IMG/VR virus record: IMGVR_UViG_2778261139_000002
Location: 22,595 to 86,594 of that record
Origin: a virus
Lineage: Duplodnaviria > Heunggongvirae > Uroviricota > Caudoviricetes
Strand: one strand, 5' to 3'
DNA length: 64,000 nucleotides
The notes beneath the pieces were generated by a model. It saw only the letters and a program-made list of their open reading frames with translations, was not told the DNA's origin and ran no database searches. Below, piece after piece: positions 29,239-37,030 of the stretch (the stretch's first letter is position 1; every line of letters starts with the position of its first letter). The position numbers were made by a program, and so were the translations under genes.

Positions 29239-29814
29239 TTAAGGATTCATTAAGCAATGTCGCAACCACCAATAAATCCGCTTAAGAACATGAAAATTGA
29301 TTACTGGTATAAAGCTCTTACAGTTGTTGGCGCTGCGTTGTTTGTCTTTAATGGAACGTCTTTTTTTGACAGATATCCCGTTGTTCCATTGGGTTTTTTG
29401 TCCTCCGGCATCTTTTTTATTGGTTTGGGGGAGTGGATTAATCACCCTCTCATAGTGAGATTTATTGGTCCTGGAGTTTGGACTCGTGGATATAATCGTT
29501 CTTCGTGCGCACTCGGTATCATCTTCGACATACTTGGTTGTTTCCTGATTGTTACAGGAGTCGTCAAGTTCTTCTGATGTAAAACCGCAAATGGGGCACG
29601 TAACGGGAATTTTGAAAAGCGTTTCTCCGGGTTCCAGAACAAAATTTTCTGCGGTCTGATTTTGCTTCTCATATTTGTGCTCCGCGTCATTGTGAGAGCA
29701 CATTCTTATTCTGAGTGCCTGTTTAAACTCACTGAAGCTGAGAGCTTCTTCGCCTTCGGCAAGGCCTTCGAAGTATTCTTCGTAAGCCTTTTCCATGATT
29801 GTGTCGAAATCCAT
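29239..29814 (-). CDS. YdfB/YdfC-like early protein with Cys/His-rich region; only the N-terminal ~80 codons are convincing
   Basis: Start ATG 29814 coupled to ydfA stop (TGAtATG); beyond ~29577 the frame is antisense to the membrane ORF and K/N/Q-rich, so the true 3-prime end is uncertain. Confidence 0.4.
   Translation of the reverse strand: MDFDTIMEKAYEEYFEGLAEGEEALSFSEFKQALRIRMCSHNDAEHKYEKQNQTAENFVLEPGETLFKIPVTCPICGFTSEELDDSCNNQETTKYVEDDTECARRTIISTSPNSRTNKSHYERVINPLPQTNKKDAGGQKTQWNNGISVKKRRSIKDKQRSANNCKSFIPVINFHVLKRIYWWLRHCLMNP
29257..29577 (+). CDS. Predicted small membrane protein, 106 aa, three hydrophobic segments (moron candidate, antisense to the dicB operon)
   Basis: AAGGA 9 nt upstream of ATG; segments ALTVVGAALFVF, VVPLGFLSSGIFFIGLG, ALGIIFDILGCFLIVTGVV; overlaps the 3-prime part of a minus-strand ORF. 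Confidence 0.4.
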   Translation: MSQPPINPLKNMKIDYWYKALTVVGAALFVFNGTSFFDRYPVVPLGFLSSGIFFIGLGEWINHPLIVRFIGPGVWTRGYNRSSCALGIIFDILGCFLIVTGVVKFF

Positions 29815-29815
29815 A

Positions 29816-29971
29816 TCACTCACCTGAGTTTCTTTCCAGCCAGCGACGGGCACCATTTTCGGTTTTAAACGTTTTGCTTTTGGTATACGTCATCGCGGTG
29901 AACGTGCCGTCCTGGTTGGGGAACACGCCACATACCAGAGATTCGCTGTTGCCAAGATCGATAGTATCCAT
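29816..29971 (-). CDS. ydfA: Small protein YdfA
   Basis: 51 aa MDTIDLGNSESLVCGVFPNQDGTFTAMTYTKSKTFKTENGARRWLERNSGE; first gene after dicA on the same strand. Confidence 0.7.
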   Translation of the reverse strand: MDTIDLGNSESLVCGVFPNQDGTFTAMTYTKSKTFKTENGARRWLERNSGE

Positions 29972-30163
29972 GCTGACCTCATTTCCCCTTAACGCCGGGG
30001 TAGCGGAACTGTTTGCTGAGAACACCGTGCGGTGTCTTGATGGAGGTAATTTAGTTTTCTCATTATTTTTCGTCAAGGTTTTTTGATGAGAAAACTCAAG
30101 TGTTGGCGCAAGATAAAGCCAATACATTGAAATGTAAGGCTTTAAAATTTTGTGAAGGGATGA

Positions 30164-30571
30164 TTATTGATGCTTGTTGCGTTTGCGAGCCTCTAATAGC
30201 TCGGTGAACAGGCGATTAAAATTCTCAACGCGGGCGCGGAGTTCGCTGAGTTGTGCTTGTTGCTCTGATTTAGGAAGTGCGCGATACAAACGCAGCATCT
30301 CTAACTCATCTTCCGATAAGTCTAAGGCACTATCGAGTGAAACAGGGGGAGCTGGTGTTTTGTCCTCGTCGCCAAACAGTATCCAAGTTGGTGAACATTG
30401 CAATACCTCGGCGAGGCGATGCAAATTTTGCCCGCGCGGGGCTGTATGGTCACTTTCCCATAATGAAATTGATGAGCCAGATACGCCAGCAGCTTTGCTT
30501 AAACCGTTTTGACTTAAGCCTACCTGCTTACGTCTTTCTCTAATGCGTTGACCTAAAGTTTTCTCGTTCAT
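30164..30571 (-). CDS. dicA: HTH (XRE-family) repressor DicA-like, 135 aa
   Basis: HTH segment LSQNGLSKAAGVSGSSISLWE and C-terminal QCSPTWILFGDEDK...RARVENFNRLFTELLEARKR closely match recalled DicA; start at internal Met. Confidence 0.85.
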   Translation of the reverse strand: MNEKTLGQRIRERRKQVGLSQNGLSKAAGVSGSSISLWESDHTAPRGQNLHRLAEVLQCSPTWILFGDEDKTPAPPVSLDSALDLSEDELEMLRLYRALPKSEQQAQLSELRARVENFNRLFTELLEARKRNKHQ

Positions 30572-30648
30572 ATTTAGATATCTTAATAACCCTTGACTTG
30601 AGATTCCTTGAGTGATTAGCATTGAGAAAACTCAATATTGGAGGTGCG
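30572..30648. promoter_or_regulatory. Divergent dicA/dicC promoter-operator region
   Basis: 77-bp intergenic region with TTGACT -35-like hexamer and palindrome TTGAGaaaaCTCAA (30612-30625). Confidence 0.5.
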
Positions 30649-30876
30649 ATGTTTAAATCAGACGTAATTAATTTTTACGGTACGAAAGCCAAAGTAGCGA
30701 AAGCTGCTGGCGTTGACCCATCTGCTGTTTCTCAATGGCAAGAGCTGGTTCCTGAAGGTCGCGCGATGCGTCTACAGGAGGCATCTGGCGGCGAGCTTCT
30801 GTATGATCCCAAGGTTTATGACGAATATCGTAAGACGAAGCGGGCGGGGCGGTTGAACAATGAAAATCACTCCTGA
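30649..30876 (+). CDS. dicC: Cro-like regulator DicC
   Basis: 75 aa; C-terminal LVPEGRAMRLQEASGGELLYDPKVYDEYRKTKRAGRLNNENHS matches recalled DicC. Confidence 0.75.
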   Translation: MFKSDVINFYGTKAKVAKAAGVDPSAVSQWQELVPEGRAMRLQEASGGELLYDPKVYDEYRKTKRAGRLNNENHS

Positions 30877-31381
30877 ACAGGCTCGTGAGGCTCTGGATGC
30901 CTGGATATGTCGACCAGGAATGACACAGGAGCAGGCGACGATATTAATCACTGAAGCATTCTGGGCTTTGAAAGAGCGCCCGAACATCGATGTTCAGCGT
31001 GTCACAGATGAAGGTGGCGCGGTTGATCAGCGAGCACTTGGCGTTAATCGAGTGAAGATATTCGAACGCTGGAAGGCTATCGACACCAGGGATAAGCGTG
31101 AAAAGTTCACGGCGCTAGTGCCTGCAATTATGGAGGCTATTCGGATTAATGATTTCAGGTTGTATCGTGAAATTAGTGACGGAAAAAGCATCACGTACAT
31201 GATCGCCGGGTTAAACAAAGAATATGGCGATGTGGTGGAGTCCGGACTGCTTTTTGCTGATCCTGCCGTAGTGGATCGTGAAACTGACGAACTTATAGAA
31301 AAAGCAATTGCTTTCAAACTTGCGTATCGACAGCAATACCAACAAAAAGCTGGATGGAATTATGAGCCTTCTTTTTGCTGA
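30860..31381 (+). CDS. Hypothetical early protein, 173 aa
   Basis: ORF following dicC with short overlap; no family recognised. Confidence 0.5.
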   Translation: MKITPEQAREALDAWICRPGMTQEQATILITEAFWALKERPNIDVQRVTDEGGAVDQRALGVNRVKIFERWKAIDTRDKREKFTALVPAIMEAIRINDFRLYREISDGKSITYMIAGLNKEYGDVVESGLLFADPAVVDRETDELIEKAIAFKLAYRQQYQQKAGWNYEPSFC

Positions 31382-32327
31382 ACGCCCACTGGTTATAAAC
31401 ACACAGCTTGCGATGAAGATTGGCTTAAATGAAGCCATTGTGTTGCAGCAGTTGCATTACTGGTTGAGAGATACCAATTCCGGCATGGAATGTGATGGTG
31501 TTCGCTGGATTTACAACACAACGGAACAATGGCTGGAACAGTTCCCATTCTGGTCAGAGTCAACGTTAAAGCGCGCGTTTGCAAGTCTGAAAACGCTGGG
31601 GCTTTTGCGTTGTGAAAAGCTCAATAAATCAAAGCGCGATATGACCAATTTCTACACGATCAACTACGGGAGCGAGCTTTTAGATGGTGGCAAATTGAGC
31701 GAATCCATCGGTTTAAAATGCGCCGCTCCATCAGGTCAAAATGACACGATGGAAGAGGTCAAAATGAAACGCTCCATTGGTTCAAAACGACCCAATGTCA
31801 TCGGGTCAAAATGGCCTGATGATCTTACAGAGAATACAACAGAGATTACTACAGAGAATAAAAACACTTTTCGTCCGGAAGCTTCGCAACCGGACCCGCA
31901 GACCGCTGAACAGGATTTTTTAACCCGGAACCCCGACGCGGTTGTGTTTAGTGCGAAAAAACGCCAGTGGGGTAGCAGGGAGGATTTGGCGTGTGCGCAG
32001 TGGATTTGGGGGCGGATCGTGAACCTTTACGAACAGGCTGCCAGCGACGATGGAGAGATCATGCGACCAAAAGAGCCTAACTGGACAGCCTGGGCCAATG
32101 ACGTGCGCACAATGCGGATGCTGGATGGCAGAAGCCACAGACAAATTTGCGAAATGTTTGGTCGGGTACAGCGAGATCAATTCTGGGTAAAAAACATCAT
32201 GAGCCCGTCAAAACTCCGCGAAAAATGGGACGAACTGGTCATCCGCCTGGGACGTTCACCTGTAAAGCGTTGTGTGAATCATATTTCTGAACCGGATACA
32301 GAAATTCCGCCTGGTTTCAGGGGATAA
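31362..32327 (+). CDS. Phage replication initiation protein (replisome-organiser-type N-terminal domain)
   Basis: N-terminal LNEAIVLQQLHYWL... wHTH-like segment typical of phage replication initiators; position after cro-like gene; start taken at internal Met. Confidence 0.55.
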   Translation: MSLLFAERPLVINTQLAMKIGLNEAIVLQQLHYWLRDTNSGMECDGVRWIYNTTEQWLEQFPFWSESTLKRAFASLKTLGLLRCEKLNKSKRDMTNFYTINYGSELLDGGKLSESIGLKCAAPSGQNDTMEEVKMKRSIGSKRPNVIGSKWPDDLTENTTEITTENKNTFRPEASQPDPQTAEQDFLTRNPDAVVFSAKKRQWGSREDLACAQWIWGRIVNLYEQAASDDGEIMRPKEPNWTAWANDVRTMRMLDGRSHRQICEMFGRVQRDQFWVKNIMSPSKLREKWDELVIRLGRSPVKRCVNHISEPDTEIPPGFRG

Positions 32328-32367
32328 GTGTTGATTTTAGGGTATAAAGTAATGTTCAGGAGGACTT

Positions 32368-32787
32368 GTGGCAAAAGTTTTTACACAAGAAGAGCGGGAA
32401 AAAATTAAAGGGCAGGTGGTGGAACTCGTACGCCAGAGTGGGCGCGAGACGTTACGACAACTGGAAGCTAAAACTGGGGCAACAAGATATCTGATGAGCG
32501 TTCTGGCCAGAGAGCTGGTTGCCAGTGGCGATGTATACAGCTCTGGTTACGGGTTATTCCCGTCTGAACAGGCGCGTAAGGACTGGCAAAACGCCCGCAA
32601 AAAACTCTCGAGGGCAAAGGTGAAGAAACCTGCTGTGGTTGATCCGGACCTTATCTGGTCATTACCTGACGGAGAAATACGTCGCTACGACAGTCGTCTA
32701 AACATAATCTGTCGCGAGTGCCGGAAGGCAAGGAGAAGCAGGCTATTGTTAACATCAAGCTGTAATGTCCCCTTTGAACCATTCTAA
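32368..32787 (+). CDS. Hypothetical replication-region protein; C-terminal codons probably altered by the IS insertion
   Basis: 139-codon ORF whose last ~6 codons lie beyond the putative insertion point at 32768. Confidence 0.45.
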   Translation: MAKVFTQEEREKIKGQVVELVRQSGRETLRQLEAKTGATRYLMSVLARELVASGDVYSSGYGLFPSEQARKDWQNARKKLSRAKVKKPAVVDPDLIWSLPDGEIRRYDSRLNIICRECRKARRSRLLLTSSCNVPFEPF

Positions 32788-34497
32788 AATGTCCCCAGAC
32801 AATTCTCTGGGGGATTTTTCATGATCAAAGAGACTGTTACGATGAGTCATAAGGAACTCCACCGACTTCAGATTATTCAGGAGTCAATTAATCGACATAT
32901 TACTCAGGAACAAGCTGCGGCACGCATTGGCATTTCTATTCGGCAGGTTAAACGTCTGGTGCAACGGTATAGAAATGAAGGGCCTTCTGGTCTGGTTTCC
33001 CACCGACGTGGAAAGCGTCCTAATAATTCCTTTTCTACTGAATTCAGAGCAACAGTAATTTCACTCCTCAAAGGCCGTTACGCTGATTTTGGACCTACGT
33101 TTGCGTGCGAAAAATTGCGCGAGATACACGGTTTATCTTTATCCGTTGAAACTCTCAGAAAGTGGATGATAGAAGAGGGGTTATGGCGTGAACGCCGTCG
33201 TAAAATTGCCCGTATATATCAACGCCGCATGCGACGACCATCTTACGGTGAACTGATCCAGATTGATGGCTCACCTCATGACTGGTTTGAAAATCGAGGC
33301 CCCAGATGTACACTGATCGTTTTCATTGATGATGCCACCAGTGCGTTGATGGCGTTGCGTTTTGTGCCTGCTGAAACAACCCGGGCTTACATGGAAACCC
33401 TCCGGGGTTACCTTAATGATCATGGCGTACCGCTCGCTCTCTACTCTGATAGACACAGTATATTCAGGGTAAATAACCCAGAGCGGGAAGGTGAGCTGAC
33501 CCAGTTCACTCGTGCGATAAAGACACTGGGCATCGAGCCAATCCATGCCAACAGCCCGCAGGCAAAAGGGCGGGTAGAGCGCGCCAATCAGACACTACAG
33601 GACAGGCTGGTCAAAGAAATGCGGCTTCAGAATATCAGTGATATTGAAACAGCAAATGCATGGTTGCCGACCTTTATTGAAGCCTATAACAACCGGTTCT
33701 CTACGTCGCCTCGTACTACTGATAATGCTCATCTTGATGTGCACCATTCTGAAGAGGAACTGGGTTATATCTTCAGCCTACAGGCGAAGCGCGTTCTGTC
33801 TAAAAATCTCACTTTCCAGTACAAAAGCAGTGCGTTTCAGGTACGCAGTGAGGGCCGGGGATATCGACTTAGGCATTCGGTTGTTACTGTATGTGAGAAC
33901 TTTGACGGTGAAATTAACGTTCTGTATGACGGGAAAGCGCTGGGCTGGGAAAAGTATGTTGATGGCCCGGAGCCTATACCACTGGATGATGAAAAGAGTG
34001 TCCATGAACGAGTGGATAATGCCCGTATTGATTTACGCTCAAAATACTATGTTAAATCTAAAGCTGACCATCCCTGGCTTACGCGCCGAACGCAAAGTCA
34101 TCAGCAAGTTAAGCCCCCGAAGTTACCTAAAAAGAAGCCTGATCCCGATAAAATAGATTGAAACCAAGATCGATTCGGTTGAGTGCATATCCATTCATAG
34201 GGTAGATTCTTAAGTCGCGTTTCTGGTGTTCATTTTCGGGTGGTTTGTTACTTGTTTTACCGGGGATATGCCAGAAACGCGCTGAGTCAGTCTGGGCGGT
34301 GCGCGTAATGAGGCGTTATGGTAAATAGCCTATGCTAATGTCCGCTAAGAGCAAGAAGCGGAAGTTGGCAGTTTTGTGGACTGTCCCCACAAAAGTGACT
34401 ACAGAAATAGTTGCAATTCATAATTGATCATGGGTTGTCAGTTAAACTCGTGGCGATTTAAATAGACTAATTGGGAGTGCGTCCATTACTTATATCT
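32769..34497. mobile_element. Putative insertion sequence (~1.7 kb) carrying a single DDE transposase gene; ends approximate
   Basis: Transposase ORF flanked by 8-bp direct repeat TGTAATGT (32761-32768 and 34498-34505); terminal inverted repeats not identified by eye. Confidence 0.4.
32821..34161 (+). CDS. DDE-type transposase/integrase (rve-like core with N-terminal HTH), 446 aa; IS family not assigned
   Basis: N-terminal HTH (QEQAAARIGISIRQVKRLVQRY), central D...D...E-type core (IQIDGSPHDWF..., LYSDRHSIF..., ANSPQAKGRVERANQTLQDRL). Confidence 0.75.
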   Translation: MIKETVTMSHKELHRLQIIQESINRHITQEQAAARIGISIRQVKRLVQRYRNEGPSGLVSHRRGKRPNNSFSTEFRATVISLLKGRYADFGPTFACEKLREIHGLSLSVETLRKWMIEEGLWRERRRKIARIYQRRMRRPSYGELIQIDGSPHDWFENRGPRCTLIVFIDDATSALMALRFVPAETTRAYMETLRGYLNDHGVPLALYSDRHSIFRVNNPEREGELTQFTRAIKTLGIEPIHANSPQAKGRVERANQTLQDRLVKEMRLQNISDIETANAWLPTFIEAYNNRFSTSPRTTDNAHLDVHHSEEELGYIFSLQAKRVLSKNLTFQYKSSAFQVRSEGRGYRLRHSVVTVCENFDGEINVLYDGKALGWEKYVDGPEPIPLDDEKSVHERVDNARIDLRSKYYVKSKADHPWLTRRTQSHQQVKPPKLPKKKPDPDKID

Positions 34498-34597
34498 TGT
34501 AATGTTAACTATCAGAAATGATACAAAGATAATATGTCTTTAAAGAAAAGGCTGATGGCGAAAAGTGGCCCGATGAGGGCCACAATACGGCTGTCAC

Positions 34598-34930
34598 TTA
34601 GACGTAAATATCAATGGTGCCAGCGGTATTTGTATCGTCTTTTTTCTCTTCTTTTTTATCAGGCTGAACTGTCGCGTCTTTATTCTTTTTCTCTGCCTGC
34701 TGCCTTAACAACTGCTCCAGTTGAGCCCTGAGGCTTTCAATTTGCTTCTGTACCAATGCAGCCATTTCTTTTTTCTGCTGTGTCGTCATCCCCTCTTCCG
34801 ATGAGATTTTCCCAAGCTTTTCAGTCAGCACCTGAATTTGTCTTGTGATTTTGGCTATTTCTGATGTTCCTTCCGGGGCGGAGTTGTTTGAAATAACGGT
34901 TGAGGTATTTCCCTGAATTGTGACAGACAT
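34598..34930 (-). CDS. flxA: FlxA (flagellar-regulon protein)
   Basis: 110 aa MSVTIQGNTSTVISNNSAPEG...; sigma-28 promoter upstream. Confidence 0.85.
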   Translation of the reverse strand: MSVTIQGNTSTVISNNSAPEGTSEIAKITRQIQVLTEKLGKISSEEGMTTQQKKEMAALVQKQIESLRAQLEQLLRQQAEKKNKDATVQPDKKEEKKDDTNTAGTIDIYV

Positions 34931-34952
34931 AGATTTCTCCTTTTAAAAAAGC

Positions 34953-34979
34953 ACTATCGGCATGCACAAAAAAATCTTT
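34953..34979 (-). promoter_or_regulatory. Sigma-28 (FliA) promoter of flxA
   Basis: Minus strand reads TAAAGATT-N11-GCCGATAG, matching consensus TAAAGTTT-N11-GCCGATAA. Confidence 0.6.
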
Positions 34980-35132
34980 AATCGTATTTCTTGTGTCATT
35001 AATTGTTTGATGTTCAGATTGTTTTCCTCGCGGGCTGGCGCGCCTCAGAAAGTAAAGCTTGTTGACAGGGGTAAACGTTCGGCAATAATTTTCTGCCGCA
35101 TGCGGGTGTTGCATAAAACGTGCTACGTTCCT

Positions 35133-35438
35133 TTATCGACAGGTCAGGTCACCGCTCACCCGCCGACGAGAAAGCAACACTGACATGCTAAAGCAAAAAA
35201 TAGATGAATAAGTTGAGTTGTGCATATGTAGCCTGACCGTCACAAAGTATATGGTGTCTGTACCAGTAAGATGATGGCCGGACTCTTTAAAAGCGAGCTG
35301 ACCTGCACAATACAGGATGGACTTAGCAATGGCTGCTCCTGGCACAAAGCGGACAGTGATCACCGTTCTTACGACTACTTTCTGACTTCCTTCGTGACTT
35401 GCCCTAAGCATGTTGTAGTGCGATACTTGTAATGACAT
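35133..35438 (-). CDS. ydfV: Hypothetical prophage protein YdfV-like, 101 aa
   Basis: ORF at the position and size of ydfV between flxA and relB; sequence not independently recognised. Confidence 0.5.
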   Translation of the reverse strand: MSLQVSHYNMLRASHEGSQKVVVRTVITVRFVPGAAIAKSILYCAGQLAFKESGHHLTGTDTIYFVTVRLHMHNSTYSSIFCFSMSVLLSRRRVSGDLTCR

Positions 35439-35462
35439 TTGTAATTACAAGAGGTGTAAGAC

Positions 35463-35702
35463 ATGGGTAGCATTAACCTGCGTATTGACGATGAACTTAA
35501 AGCGCGTTCTTACGCCGCGCTTGAAAAAATGGGTGTAACTCCTTCTGAAGCGCTTCGTCTCATGCTCGAGTATATCGCTGACAATGAACGCTTGCCGTTC
35601 AAACAGACACTCCTGAGTGATGAAGATGCTGAACTTGTGGAGATAGTGAAAGAACGGCTTCGTAATCCTAAGCCAGTACGTGTGACGCTGGATGAACTCT
35701 GA
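35463..35702 (+). CDS. relB: Antitoxin RelB
   Basis: 79 aa MGSINLRIDDELKARSYAALEKMGVTPSEALRLMLEYIADNERLPF... recognised. Confidence 0.9.
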   Translation: MGSINLRIDDELKARSYAALEKMGVTPSEALRLMLEYIADNERLPFKQTLLSDEDAELVEIVKERLRNPKPVRVTLDEL

Positions 35703-35989
35703 TGGCGTATTTTCTGGATTTTGACGAGCGGGCACTAAAGGAATGGCGAAAGCTGGGCTCGACGGTACGTGAACAGTTGAAAAAGAAGCTGGTTGAAGTA
35801 CTTGAGTCACCCCGGATTGAAGCAAACAAGCTCCGTGGTATGCCTGATTGTTACAAGATTAAGCTCCGGTCTTCAGGCTATCGCCTTGTATACCAGGTTA
35901 TAGACGAGAAAGTTGTCGTTTTCGTGATTTCTGTTGGGAAAAGAGAACGCTCGGAAGTATATAGCGAGGCGGTCAAACGCATTCTCTGA
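35702..35989 (+). CDS. relE: mRNA interferase toxin RelE
   Basis: 95 aa MAYFLDFDERALKEWRKLGSTVREQLKKKL...; start overlaps relB stop (TGATG). Confidence 0.9.
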   Translation: MAYFLDFDERALKEWRKLGSTVREQLKKKLVEVLESPRIEANKLRGMPDCYKIKLRSSGYRLVYQVIDEKVVVFVISVGKRERSEVYSEAVKRIL

Positions 35990-36060
35990 ACCAAAGCATG
36001 ACATCTCTGTTTCGCACCGAAGGTGACACTTCTGCTTTGCGTTGACAGGAGAAGCAGGCT

Positions 36061-36216
36061 ATGAAGCAGCAAAAGGCGATGTTAATCGCCCTGATCGTCA
36101 TCTGTTTAACCGTCATAGTGACGGCACTGGTAACGAGGAAAGACCTCTGCGAGGTACGAATCCGAACCGGCCAGACGGAGGTCGCTGTCTTCACAGCTTA
36201 CGAACCTGAGGAGTAA
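36061..36216 (+). CDS. hokD: Hok-family membrane toxin HokD (RelF)
   Basis: 51-aa ORF below the ORF-track size cut-off: MKQQKAMLIALIVICLTVIVTALVTRKDLCEVRIRTGQTEVAVFTAYEPEE. Confidence 0.85.
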   Translation: MKQQKAMLIALIVICLTVIVTALVTRKDLCEVRIRTGQTEVAVFTAYEPEE

Positions 36217-36285
36217 GAGACCCGGCGGGGGAGAAATCCCTCGCCACCTCTGATGTGGCAGGCATCCTCAACGCACCCGCACTTA

Positions 36286-36310
36286 ACCCGCTTCGGCGGG
36301 TTTTTGTTTT
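36286..36310 (+). terminator. Rho-independent terminator after hokD
   Basis: CCCGC-ttcg-GCGGG followed by TTTTTGTTTTT. Confidence 0.6.
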
Positions 36311-36432
36311 TATTTTCAACGCGTTTGAAGTTCTGGACGGTGCCGGAATAGAATCAAAAATACTTAAGTAGCGCGCAGGGATAAGAGGGATGGTCCCTTA
36401 AAGGGGAGAGCTAATTATCCGGAAGGATTCTG

Positions 36433-36684
36433 ATGATGAACATCGAAGAACTGCGTAAAATTTTTTGTGAAGATGGCCTCTATGCTGTGTGCGTTGAAAA
36501 TGGAAATCTTGTTAGTCATTACCGCATTATGTGTTTGCGAAAGAATGGGGCTGCGTTAATTAATTTTGTGGATGCTCGGGTCACGGACGGATTTATCTTG
36601 CGCGAAGGTGAGTTTGTCACTTCATTACAGGCATTGAAAGAGATCGGAATAAAAGCTGGCTTTTCTGCTTTTTCAGGAGAATAA
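36433..36684 (+). CDS. rem: Rem-like prophage protein, 83 aa
   Basis: Size and position match rem of Qin (between hokD and ydfU); sequence not independently recognised. Confidence 0.6.
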   Translation: MMNIEELRKIFCEDGLYAVCVENGNLVSHYRIMCLRKNGAALINFVDARVTDGFILREGEFVTSLQALKEIGIKAGFSAFSGE

Positions 36685-36750
36685 ACTCATCTACAATCTT
36701 GCGCGGGGCTGAACTCCCGCTGAGTAACACCGTGCCACCGGAGAAAACCG

Positions 36751-37029
36751 ATGGCACGCAACGCAAAATATTACAATTCTGATAATTCGCCCGTTCTTGC
36801 CTGCACGCACGGGCGGTATTCTCACGCATTCAAGTCTGAATGGTTCCAGCACCCTCCATGCACTGCAGAACAGGCCGAATGGCTGATTCATTCTTACCGC
36901 AGGCGCGGGTTCGAGGTTAAGAAAGCTCTCAGTCTCGACTATCGGCACTGGATAATCTCTGTCAGGCTGCCTTATTCCGAACGCCCACCACGTGCGTCCC
37001 GCACTTTCCAGCAACGGATCTGGAGGTAA
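36751..37029 (+). CDS. Hypothetical protein, 92 aa
   Basis: ORF ending 1 nt before the inferred ydfU GTG start; no family recognised. Confidence 0.35.
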   Translation: MARNAKYYNSDNSPVLACTHGRYSHAFKSEWFQHPPCTAEQAEWLIHSYRRRGFEVKKALSLDYRHWIISVRLPYSERPPRASRTFQQRIWR

Positions 37030-37030
37030 C

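Noticed and set aside
36992-37030. ATG start at 36992 for ydfU (MRPALSSNGSGGN...)
   Set aside because: Would overlap the preceding ORF by 38 nt; a GTG start at 37031 gives the 349-aa length I recall for YdfU. Kept as an alternative, not excluded.
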